Assembly: GCA_021513715.1 (NCBI GenBank) | Contig: CP084167.1 | Location: 1,945,943 to 2,009,942, forward strand | From: Candidatus Heimdallarchaeum endolithica | GTDB taxonomy: Archaea > Asgardarchaeota > Heimdallarchaeia > Heimdallarchaeales > Heimdallarchaeaceae | DNA: 64,000 bases | Reading direction: 5' to 3' | Shown: one piece after another, positions 45,892 to 56,592 of the stretch | Numbering within the stretch: the first letter of the stretch is position 1 | Layout: every line of letters starts with the position of its first letter | Notes under the pieces: model-generated | Database searches by the model: none | What the model saw: only the letters and a program-made list of their open reading frames with translations | What the model was told of the DNA's origin: nothing | Made by a program: the position numbers and the translations under genes

Positions 45892-46506
45892 TTACAGCCT
45901 AATAAAAGTTCTACTCTTGCACTCGGGACAGCCATTTATTGTACACTCATCACAAAGAAAATTTCCACATTTTGAACATTTTTTTATTGCTTTATTTTTT
46001 CTACACTTTACACATGTTTTGATCATAAATCGTTTCCACAGTTTGTATATTAAATAAAACAGTGAAAATGCTAATGCAATTCCTAAAATAACCTTTAGTA
46101 TTATTAACAGTACATTCCCAGCAGTAGGCCCTATATGATCTGGAGTCGCATCTAACGTTATTTTTAGAATTTTCACGTTTTTATACTCAAAATAACTTAC
46201 GGAACCATTTGTTTGAGTAACATACCATGAAATTGAAGGCTTTGTTTCTCCTACCTTCATACCTACTAATTCACTAACAAAATTATAATTTGTAATATCT
46301 TCGTCAATTGCTACTTCTAGGGGGCTATTTTCAGTATATACAGTTTTTAATCTACCATCTATATAACGCTCACAAGCAACTTCTACACGATCGCCCCACT
46401 CAACACCTAGTTTTTTGTCATAAGCAGTTACATTGATAATTGATGATAGGAATAAAATAGTAAAAATAAATGTAAATGTTAGAATTCTGGTTCTAGTTTT
46501 ACTCAT
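45892..46506 (-). CDS. membrane protein: signal peptide, FKBP-like ectodomain, TM helix, cytoplasmic 8-Cys B-box-like zinc finger
   Basis: 204 aa. GDRVEVACERYIDGRL and VGMKVGETK (FKBP-like). TM segment LLIILKVILGIALAFSLFYLIY. C-terminus CVKC-x8-CSKC-x4-CDEC-x4-CPEC. Confidence 0.6.
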   Translation of the reverse strand: MSKTRTRILTFTFIFTILFLSSIINVTAYDKKLGVEWGDRVEVACERYIDGRLKTVYTENSPLEVAIDEDITNYNFVSELVGMKVGETKPSISWYVTQTNGSVSYFEYKNVKILKITLDATPDHIGPTAGNVLLIILKVILGIALAFSLFYLIYKLWKRFMIKTCVKCRKNKAIKKCSKCGNFLCDECTINGCPECKSRTFIRL

Positions 46507-46550
46507 CGGTTTTTTTTTATTAGGCTAATTTAAAAGAATTTCTAAGAGGT

Positions 46551-47177
46551 CTATTTTTTAAATCGAACTAAGGTTCTTCCATTACAACTTGGACAACCAT
46601 TTTGGAAACAGTGAATACAATAATTTTTTCCACATTTACTACATTTACCTATTGCTTTCTTCTTACAGATAGAACATTTTTTGAAAAACAATTTTGGATA
46701 TACTTTAACACCACCATAAATTAAAATTAAGGATCCACCAATACTAGATAATACTATAATAAATTTAAAGAAGTCAAAATTTCCCGATGGAGGAGAAGTT
46801 GTTGAAGAAACACCTTGAACATCATAAACCTCAACATTCTGATAATGTAACAATTTCCCTGCTAAATAACCATAATCTGGATCTGAAGCATCAAAACCTT
46901 CTTCTGGTGGTATATCAAAATTTCTTTTTTCACCGATCTTCATCCCAAGCATCCTATTGTACAATCCAATAGGTTTAATATTATTTTCATTAAACAATGT
47001 TTTTTTTGGTATCGAACTATCATAATATTCGATTGTCTTTCCATCAACAAGCAAATGATACCCAAAAGATACTAAATCGTTATCCTGAAGTCCATTATCA
47101 TAACCTTGAATTGGTATTGCAACAATAGCAGAAAAGAACAGAATAGCAAATACAAAGAGTTTATTTAGATATCTCAT
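46551..47177 (-). CDS. paralog of 45892..46506 (FKBP-like ectodomain, TM, B-box-like zinc finger)
   Basis: 208 aa. LVSFGYHLLVDGKTIE and LGMKIGEKRNFDIPPEEGF (clear FKBP signature). One TM helix. CSIC-x7-CSKC-x4-CIHC-x4-CPSC. Confidence 0.6.
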   Translation of the reverse strand: MRYLNKLFVFAILFFSAIVAIPIQGYDNGLQDNDLVSFGYHLLVDGKTIEYYDSSIPKKTLFNENNIKPIGLYNRMLGMKIGEKRNFDIPPEEGFDASDPDYGYLAGKLLHYQNVEVYDVQGVSSTTSPPSGNFDFFKFIIVLSSIGGSLILIYGGVKVYPKLFFKKCSICKKKAIGKCSKCGKNYCIHCFQNGCPSCNGRTLVRFKK

Positions 47178-47430
47178 TGTTTTTCAAAAATATAATTAAA
47201 TTAAAAAGATATCGAAAATGGTTTATTGCTAATAAAATTTTAACTATTTGTAAATTCAAATATTTATTCTAAAAAGACATGAAATAATTTTTACGTAAAA
47301 AATATTTTTTCAACAAAGAAGATATTAGAGAGAGGTCAAAAATGCATTTCAAAAACAAAAACACAAAATAACATAATAAAAGCGTCACAATTTTTCAGAG
47401 ATATTTATATACTAAAATCACTTATATAAA

Positions 47431-47695
47431 GTGTCTTGAGCTATATGCTTTAAGACGTAGGTTTCAGTCCTACGACAGCCGGACTTCCCTATGGGAGTGA
47501 TGAGTGCCGGGATCAGGAGATGAACCAGTTAGAGAACTTATTGAGACTGTGTCTCTTGTTCTCTTAAACCAATCCTCACAATCAGATTGTGTTGCTTGGT
47601 TGGGTAGAGTCCTGAAGAAATTACGTAAAATTTCAACTCATGATGCTTTAAGGAGACCTAAACAACAAGGTTTTTTAACTTGCAGAACACCCATC
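47431..47695. ncRNA. candidate structured non-coding RNA, family and strand unassigned
   Basis: Local GC rise (about 55% in 47456..47520) in a ~570-bp intergenic gap. Stable hairpins at 47456..47474, 47479..47510, 47531..47564 and 47567..47601. Possible closing helix 47431..47438 with 47683..47690. The only ORF here has a composition unlike the neighbouring proteins. Confidence 0.45.
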
Positions 47696-47750
47696 TAAAA
47701 ATCTTATAAATATAAAATGTAAAAAAAAAATAAAAATGAAAGAAAGGAAA

Positions 47751-49661
47751 TTACCGTCTAGAGAGCAGAAAACCCACAATTCCAATTATAGCGACAAGAA
47801 CTAATCCACCACCGACCCAAATCCAAACAGGAATTGGAGGTTTATACTCAATATTATTTTGGACTCTAGTTCCGCTAAAATCTGCAGTTTTTGCGTTAAA
47901 AGAAAATGAGTATAACCCCCCTTTCACGCTTTTTAACAGAATTTCACTTCCCCATCCGCCATATTTCTCCTCATTAAAAGTAAGATTATAGTAGTATATT
48001 CCTTTATCTCCAGTCAATATTAGTGTTACAAAATCAGCTCCATTAGCATTATAAATCTCAGTTTGATTATAAAATACAATATCTAAGTCACTTACCAGAA
48101 GTGTTCTTCCATCAAATGAGATCACTGGCTTATCTAATCTTAGTTTAAAATGTTCTAAGGTTTCTACTAGCACACTAGCTTGAGGACCTAAGCCAAATGG
48201 ATCACCGTAAATAGTTGGATAATCCTCATCAACATATGCCAAGCAGAACAATATTTTCTTTACACTTTTTTCTGGTTCAACGTAAAATTTCTCTTCTGTT
48301 GTTTCATAAATTTCATAATCAACAAGTGTGTCATCTTTAGAAAAATATAAAGTTACAACACCTAATCTTCTTTTTTCGTTATTAGTGATTCTAACATCCA
48401 TAAATCTATTAAGTAGATTTATTTCAAATGTGTAAAAACCATAATATGGTACATCAATCGTAGATGACAACTCAGTGTAAGTTTTTGATATTGGTTCGAT
48501 GGTGAATGTAATATCTGTAAATCCAAACGTTCCATTAGCGAGGTCTGGTCTATCAATTAATAAAGCAACTTGCCAGTTATAAAAAAAGTCGTTAAAAGTT
48601 TCTCCTTTATCCTTTAATTCATCGTTTATTGATTCTTGTACAGGTCTAGTGTCATTAACAAATTTTCTTATTATATCAGCTCCAAATTGCTCATAAATAT
48701 AAAAAACAAAAAGATAAGCGCCACCATAATCAATTCGTACATCACGGTTTCCTTCAGAATAATAGTTCCAATAAATCAAAGAATCATCAGATTGTTCTTT
48801 AAAGTAATTTTCACTCCAATAAGATACTCCATCATAATCTCCTGGCATTCGTCCAGTTATATACTCTGAAAATACAGCACAACCTTCATCAAACCACCGC
48901 ATTTCATCTTGATCATGATTGTAATGAATTAAATGTTGAAATTCGTGCGCTAAAGTGTCAGTGTAGTCAGCAATGCCACCAATAAATATCATTTCCCACT
49001 CATTAGACTTTAAATAAGAATAACCTTGTGCGTTTAGTTCTTCCTGTGTATGTTCATTAATTCCCCAGAAATATCCAGCATAGTCTGAGGGAAGGTAAGT
49101 ATGAAGAATAATTAATCGACCATCTCCTATATTTCCTAAATTACCCTCCATATCTCCAAAAAAGTTATGTTCAATTGGATAAATTTTACTTTCAAATATG
49201 CTTTTTTCGCTGGTTATTAGATTATTTACACTATTTTTGCCATATTCATTAATCATATCAACTTCTACAAAATAATATGCATGATCTGAAACAGCAATAA
49301 CTTGTGCTTCTGCAATTCTAAAACTAATAGTATTACCCCCTTCGTCTACATAAAAATTCTTAGTGTCACCTACACTAAAAGAAGAAGTATAAGTTTTTGT
49401 TGCTTTTACCTCATGGCGAGAAATATGTTTGGTATTTTCAATGATTTCTTTTGGAACGCTATGAGTAATCACAAGTTCATTTTGAGATGAATCCTGAAAG
49501 TAATTTGTCACACTTTCTTCAAGCAGCTCATCAGTAATATCTTCTGTACTAGAATAATAATTTGAATTCTCAAATAATGAATTTGACATAAAAAATTGTG
49601 AAAGAATAACAACAACAAATATTTTGGTTAACAAATAGTGTTTTTTAACAATTATTGCCAT
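47751..49661 (-). CDS. secreted/surface zinc metallopeptidase (HExxH) with C-terminal membrane anchor
   Basis: 636 aa. N-terminal signal/anchor. HEFQHLIHYNHD...WFDEGCAVFSEY (HExxH plus a downstream Glu). The extreme C-terminus PPIPVWIWVGGGLVLVAIIGIVGFLLSRR reads as motif, TM helix, then a basic tail. Confidence 0.65.
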   Translation of the reverse strand: MAIIVKKHYLLTKIFVVVILSQFFMSNSLFENSNYYSSTEDITDELLEESVTNYFQDSSQNELVITHSVPKEIIENTKHISRHEVKATKTYTSSFSVGDTKNFYVDEGGNTISFRIAEAQVIAVSDHAYYFVEVDMINEYGKNSVNNLITSEKSIFESKIYPIEHNFFGDMEGNLGNIGDGRLIILHTYLPSDYAGYFWGINEHTQEELNAQGYSYLKSNEWEMIFIGGIADYTDTLAHEFQHLIHYNHDQDEMRWFDEGCAVFSEYITGRMPGDYDGVSYWSENYFKEQSDDSLIYWNYYSEGNRDVRIDYGGAYLFVFYIYEQFGADIIRKFVNDTRPVQESINDELKDKGETFNDFFYNWQVALLIDRPDLANGTFGFTDITFTIEPISKTYTELSSTIDVPYYGFYTFEINLLNRFMDVRITNNEKRRLGVVTLYFSKDDTLVDYEIYETTEEKFYVEPEKSVKKILFCLAYVDEDYPTIYGDPFGLGPQASVLVETLEHFKLRLDKPVISFDGRTLLVSDLDIVFYNQTEIYNANGADFVTLILTGDKGIYYYNLTFNEEKYGGWGSEILLKSVKGGLYSFSFNAKTADFSGTRVQNNIEYKPPIPVWIWVGGGLVLVAIIGIVGFLLSRR

Positions 49662-49852
49662 AACCCCTTTATCTTATTAAAATATATAAATTATTATATT
49701 TTTAAAATCAATCAGCATGCAGACAATAACCTAAAGGGACTAATTGATATTTTTATTGGTTAAAAATCAAAAGCTTTTTATCAATTAGTAAATCAAGACA
49801 ATTAAAGTTATTACACTAGTGTAAAGATTCAAAGTTTTTTTGGAGAGTAGAA

Positions 49853-52538
<2,686 letters not shown>

Positions 52539-52540
<2 letters not shown>

Positions 52541-52545
52541 GGTGA
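52539..52545 (+). promoter_or_regulatory. Shine-Dalgarno-like GAGGTGA upstream of the rpoA'' ATG (52551)
   Basis: GAGGTGA overlaps the rpoA' stop codon, with 5 nt of spacing to the ATG at 52551. Confidence 0.4.
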
Positions 52546-52550
52546 AAAAA

Positions 52551-55319
52551 ATGGCAGACTATCTTACAACAAGGCAAATTAGTAATAGATTAAGAAAATT
52601 GAGAGAAGAAGGGATTCCACAGACCATTGTTGATGAATTAAAAGAAGAATTGAAAGGAAAAAAAGTGACAAAAAAACAAATGGATCTTATAATAAAAGAA
52701 ATAGGGAAAAGCTATGAATTTGCACAAATTGACCCCGGTAGCGCAGTAGGAACAGTGGCAGCCCAATCAATAGGGGAACCTGGAACGCAAATGAGCATTC
52801 CTGGTAACGAGAAAGTAGTTGTAAAAATTGGAAGTAAAACAAAAATTATAGAAATTGGGGAGTTTATTGATGAATTACTAGAGAAGAATGAAAGCTACTT
52901 AATAGAAAACGAAACACAGACTGTTGTTTATGATTTACCCAATAACAATAATATTTATGTGCTAGGAATAAATAACAACGAGAAAATAATTTGGCAACGA
53001 ATTTTACAAGTAAGTAGACATTTACCTAATGGAAACTTATTACGAATAAAAACAAGAACTGGCAGAACAATTACTGCAACATTTTCTCACTCTTTTGTTA
53101 TTAGAAAAAATAATGAAATTGTACCAATAAAAGGAAGAGAGTTGCAATTGGGAGACAGATTACCTGTTGTTTTAACTATTCCAGCTATGTCTCCAATTAC
53201 AGAGTTGGAAGTTAGTGAGTATTTGCCACAGGAAGTATTGCATAATTCAGATTTAACTATAACAATACCAATGGGAGAAAAATGGGAAGGAGGTTCTGGT
53301 AATGATTATACTGTATCAGAAACACAAGAAGATTTGTGGAGACCTATAAAAACGGAGAAAATAGAAGATCTAGAAGAAAAGACTTTTTATCCTAGAATTT
53401 ATCAGAATACTAAAATAGTTATCCCAGAGAAAATCCCTCTCACAAATGATTTTGGATGGTTTATTGGAGCATACTTAGCAGAAGGGAATAATACAGGTAC
53501 AAGAATCTCCATTTCAAATATCAACCATAATTACCTTAAAAAAGTTGAAAAATTCGCTAATTGGCTAAATATTCCAACTGCAACAACAAGTAAAAATAGT
53601 GAATTTGGATCTATTTTTAGTGTCCACCTTAACTCAATGCTTCTTGCAAAATTAATGAAAAGAATGTGTGGAAAAACTCCAAAAAGCAAATTTGTTCCAG
53701 GATGGACAATAAATACAAAAACAGAATTTATTGAACAATTACTTCGAGGATATTTTGATGGAAAGGGAAGCGTTAGTACAGAAAAAGGTGTAATTATAGC
53801 TCATTCTAAATCAAAAGAATTACGTGATGGGATATGTCTTTTACTATCAAGATTGGGAATTTTTGCCAAAAAAAGTAATAAAGGAAATGAATACATACTA
53901 TCCATTCCTAGAAAATATGCAAAAATATTCCATTCAAGAATTGGCTCAGACATTGATTATAAGGAAAGATCTTTGCTTCAGCTTCTCGAAAGAGAGAAAT
54001 CAAAAGAAAAGAGAGATGAGTCTACTGATTTGATACCTGGATTAGGATCCATCTTTGGAGATATAAAAGAAAAACTAGACTTACACTCAAAAGTAATTCC
54101 TAGAACAAGTAAAGGGAAAACTATCGAGAGACAAACATGTGGACAATATATCCAAATGTTTTCCGAAGTAGCTGAAAAGAAAGGAATTAACATAGATAAT
54201 GAACTTTCAATCCTAAAACAAGCGTATAATAGCGACGTAATGTGGGATGAAATTGTAAGTTTAGAGAAAATCGATTCGCCTACACATTATGTTTATGATT
54301 TTGGTGTTTCAGAACTTGAAACATTTATGACTGCAGAGGGGATAATAACACATAATACTCTACAAACTTTCCATTATTCTGGTGTTGCAGAAATGTCTGT
54401 TCTTCGAGGTTTACCTCGATTAATAGAAATTGTTGATGCTAGAAAAAATCCTAGTACACCAACTATGAAAATTCACTTAGATAAAATCGGAGAAAAGGAT
54501 GAACAAATAGCTAAACAAGTTGCAAGAAGAATTGAGCTAACCACAGTTAACAATGTTGCTACCAGTATAAAACACAGCTTTGCAGAAGGATGTATTAAGA
54601 TTAAATTAGAACCAGTATTACTAGAGGATAAAGGTATTGAAACTGAAACTATTGTCAAAAAGATTCAGAAGAAGAGAAGACGTATTAAAGTAGAAACAGA
54701 CCCTGACGATGAATATACCATCATTGTAACACCAACAAAAGAACTAAAGTTTAATGAATTACCAAAACTAGCAGAAAAAGTAAAAGATATACCTATTAAG
54801 GGACTAAAAAATATTTCTAGAGTAGTGGTTCTTAAAAATAAACAAGGAGAGTATTATCTTCAAAGTGAAGGGAGCAATTTCAGCGAATTGTTAAGAATAC
54901 CTGGAGTTGATCCAACCAGATGCTATAGCAGTGATATAAATCAGATTGCAGAAACTTTAGGGATTGAAGCAGCGAGAAATGCACTCATCCAAGAATCTTT
55001 AGCAGTTATGAAAGAACAAGGATTAGATGTAGATAAAAGGCATGTAATGCTTGTTGCAGATCTGATGACCTTGGTTGGAGAAGTACAACAAATAGGGCGA
55101 CATGGTGTTTCAGGAAAGAAAAGTTCTGTTTTCGCTAGGGCAGCTTTTGAAGTAACTGTAAAACATTTGTTAGAAGCTGCAATTCATGGAGAACATGAAC
55201 CTCTAGAGGGAATTACAGAAAATGTAATAATAGGACAAACAATTGCTTTAGGAACAGGAATCGTTGATCTTACCATGAGTCCAAATTATAGAGAATTCGC
55301 TAAAAAAGAGGAAAACTAA
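52551..55319 (+). CDS. rpoA2: DNA-directed RNA polymerase subunit A'' (Rpo1C), interrupted by a 521-aa intein
   Basis: The exteins join as SIGEPGTQM|TLQTFHYSGVAE, the conserved trigger-loop motif. C-terminal region GLDVDKRHVMLVADLMT...GVSGKKSSVFARAAFE. The track ORF starts at 52524. Confidence 0.9.
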   Translation: MADYLTTRQISNRLRKLREEGIPQTIVDELKEELKGKKVTKKQMDLIIKEIGKSYEFAQIDPGSAVGTVAAQSIGEPGTQMSIPGNEKVVVKIGSKTKIIEIGEFIDELLEKNESYLIENETQTVVYDLPNNNNIYVLGINNNEKIIWQRILQVSRHLPNGNLLRIKTRTGRTITATFSHSFVIRKNNEIVPIKGRELQLGDRLPVVLTIPAMSPITELEVSEYLPQEVLHNSDLTITIPMGEKWEGGSGNDYTVSETQEDLWRPIKTEKIEDLEEKTFYPRIYQNTKIVIPEKIPLTNDFGWFIGAYLAEGNNTGTRISISNINHNYLKKVEKFANWLNIPTATTSKNSEFGSIFSVHLNSMLLAKLMKRMCGKTPKSKFVPGWTINTKTEFIEQLLRGYFDGKGSVSTEKGVIIAHSKSKELRDGICLLLSRLGIFAKKSNKGNEYILSIPRKYAKIFHSRIGSDIDYKERSLLQLLEREKSKEKRDESTDLIPGLGSIFGDIKEKLDLHSKVIPRTSKGKTIERQTCGQYIQMFSEVAEKKGINIDNELSILKQAYNSDVMWDEIVSLEKIDSPTHYVYDFGVSELETFMTAEGIITHNTLQTFHYSGVAEMSVLRGLPRLIEIVDARKNPSTPTMKIHLDKIGEKDEQIAKQVARRIELTTVNNVATSIKHSFAEGCIKIKLEPVLLEDKGIETETIVKKIQKKRRRIKVETDPDDEYTIIVTPTKELKFNELPKLAEKVKDIPIKGLKNISRVVVLKNKQGEYYLQSEGSNFSELLRIPGVDPTRCYSSDINQIAETLGIEAARNALIQESLAVMKEQGLDVDKRHVMLVADLMTLVGEVQQIGRHGVSGKKSSVFARAAFEVTVKHLLEAAIHGEHEPLEGITENVIIGQTIALGTGIVDLTMSPNYREFAKKEEN
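52794..54356 (+). other. intein in rpoA'' with LAGLIDADG domain
   Basis: Begins SIPGNEKVVV (Ser1 codon 52794..52796). Block B TFSH. LAGLIDADG motifs IGAYLAEGN and LRGYFDGKGS. Ends GIITHN (Asn codon 54354..54356), followed by Thr+1. 1563 nt. Confidence 0.85.
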
Positions 55320-56047
55320 TCCTTCCCTTTTTTTAAATTTTGAAAGTGAATATGTGTAGGAACATGAACAAGAATATAATCTTTAGCTAATTCACTCAAC
55401 TTTTTTGCTTCAAACAGAGTTAAATGATAATCTTCTTTTTTTTCAATGAATGTTGCTTCTATTAGTGCAAGGTCAACACCTTTAACTAGGATTTTTAGTT
55501 GGTCAAAATAGCCTGTATCTCCAGTATATAAAATTGTTTCATCTTTTTTTGATATTTTATATCCTACAGCACTCAGTTTTTTCCCTGGAGGGCTTAAAGA
55601 ACTTCTATGCTGTACTAAGAAAGATGTTATAGTAAAAGGTTTAAATTTAAAAGATTTATCTGTTGTTTCTACATAATTAATATCAAAGGTTTGATGCGCC
55701 GTATTATATTCTGTAAAAACATTAATCATATTTTTAAGGTTGGAGTTGTCAGGAGGAGAGATAATAGTTAGAGTTTCACTTCTGTTCACCAATCTAAAAA
55801 TAGAAAGTAGTGAAAATATCCCTCCAACATGATCAAAATGGCCATGAGTTATCGCAATAGTATTTATTTTCTCAAAAATACGCCCTGGTAATTCTAACAG
55901 ATCTCTAACTATTCCATCACCAGCGTCAACTAAAAGAAAACTTTCTTCTTTCCTACTCTGTATAAGTATTTGTGATGCAACACCAGCAACAGAAAATAGA
56001 ACCTTTACATTAAATTCTTTTCCAACCCAATCCCAATTAACACTCAT
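55316..56047 (-). CDS. metallo-beta-lactamase-fold hydrolase
   Basis: 243 aa with the THGHFDHVGG motif. Confidence 0.7.
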   Translation of the reverse strand: MSVNWDWVGKEFNVKVLFSVAGVASQILIQSRKEESFLLVDAGDGIVRDLLELPGRIFEKINTIAITHGHFDHVGGIFSLLSIFRLVNRSETLTIISPPDNSNLKNMINVFTEYNTAHQTFDINYVETTDKSFKFKPFTITSFLVQHRSSLSPPGKKLSAVGYKISKKDETILYTGDTGYFDQLKILVKGVDLALIEATFIEKKEDYHLTLFEAKKLSELAKDYILVHVPTHIHFQNLKKGKD

Positions 56048-56227
56048 AAAAAAAAGAAGACATTAATTCATATATACTTTTTTTATACTGTTTATTCAAA
56101 ATATAATTACAATATCGATGTTTCACTTGCTATTACATTAAAAAAAGAGTATAATATTTAACAGTCTATATTTATCATAAAAGTTTTTTTAACAATATGT
56201 TTTTAAGAAGTATAAAATTAGTTTCTT

Positions 56228-56557
56228 GTGTCAATCTCTAATTTTCAAAAAAAGGTCGCATATATTGAAAAACAAATAGATGAAATTTCTACTATGGGAA
56301 ACTACTGTATTGTAGGAGAAATAACAAAAATTGAAGACAATGGATTCCAATTATCTGATGAAACAGGAGAAATTAAAGTAAAAGTTTCTGAAGGATCCGT
56401 CTATAAGGAGCTAGAAGAAGGAAATAAAGTTAGGATCTTTGGCAAAATAGAAAGTGAACTGAAGATTATCAAAAGTGATATAATACAAAAACTTCATGAT
56501 CTCGATTTAAATTTATACAGAAAAATGAGAATTATTGAAAAATCATTATTTGAGTAA
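56228..56557 (+). CDS. small OB-fold (nucleic-acid-binding type) protein
   Basis: 109 aa with a GTG start. YCIVGEITKIEDNGFQLSDETGEIKVKV...KVRIFGKI strand pattern. Confidence 0.4.
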   Translation: MSISNFQKKVAYIEKQIDEISTMGNYCIVGEITKIEDNGFQLSDETGEIKVKVSEGSVYKELEEGNKVRIFGKIESELKIIKSDIIQKLHDLDLNLYRKMRIIEKSLFE

Positions 56558-56592
56558 AAAAGAAGTATGCTGAATTTCATACTAAACTTAAT

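Noticed and set aside
47456-47474. Hairpin with a 6-bp stem and loop UUUCAGU (a UCA triplet in anticodon position). It resembles a tRNA-Sec anticodon arm, with a possible long D-like stem upstream (47435..47454).
   Set aside because: No T arm (no GTTCRANNC-like loop), no 9-bp or 7-bp acceptor pairing and no discriminator/CCA can be found on either side. It is therefore not a tRNA.
47431-47695. Assignment of the structured region to SRP (7S) RNA or RNase P RNA.
   Set aside because: The region lacks the universally conserved SRP helix-8 GNRA tetraloop and AGCA loop. The RNase P CR-I/CR-V-like motif occurs only once and in the wrong position relative to the ends. The flanks needed to complete an RNase P are AT-rich and unstructured. 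I kept it as an unassigned candidate.
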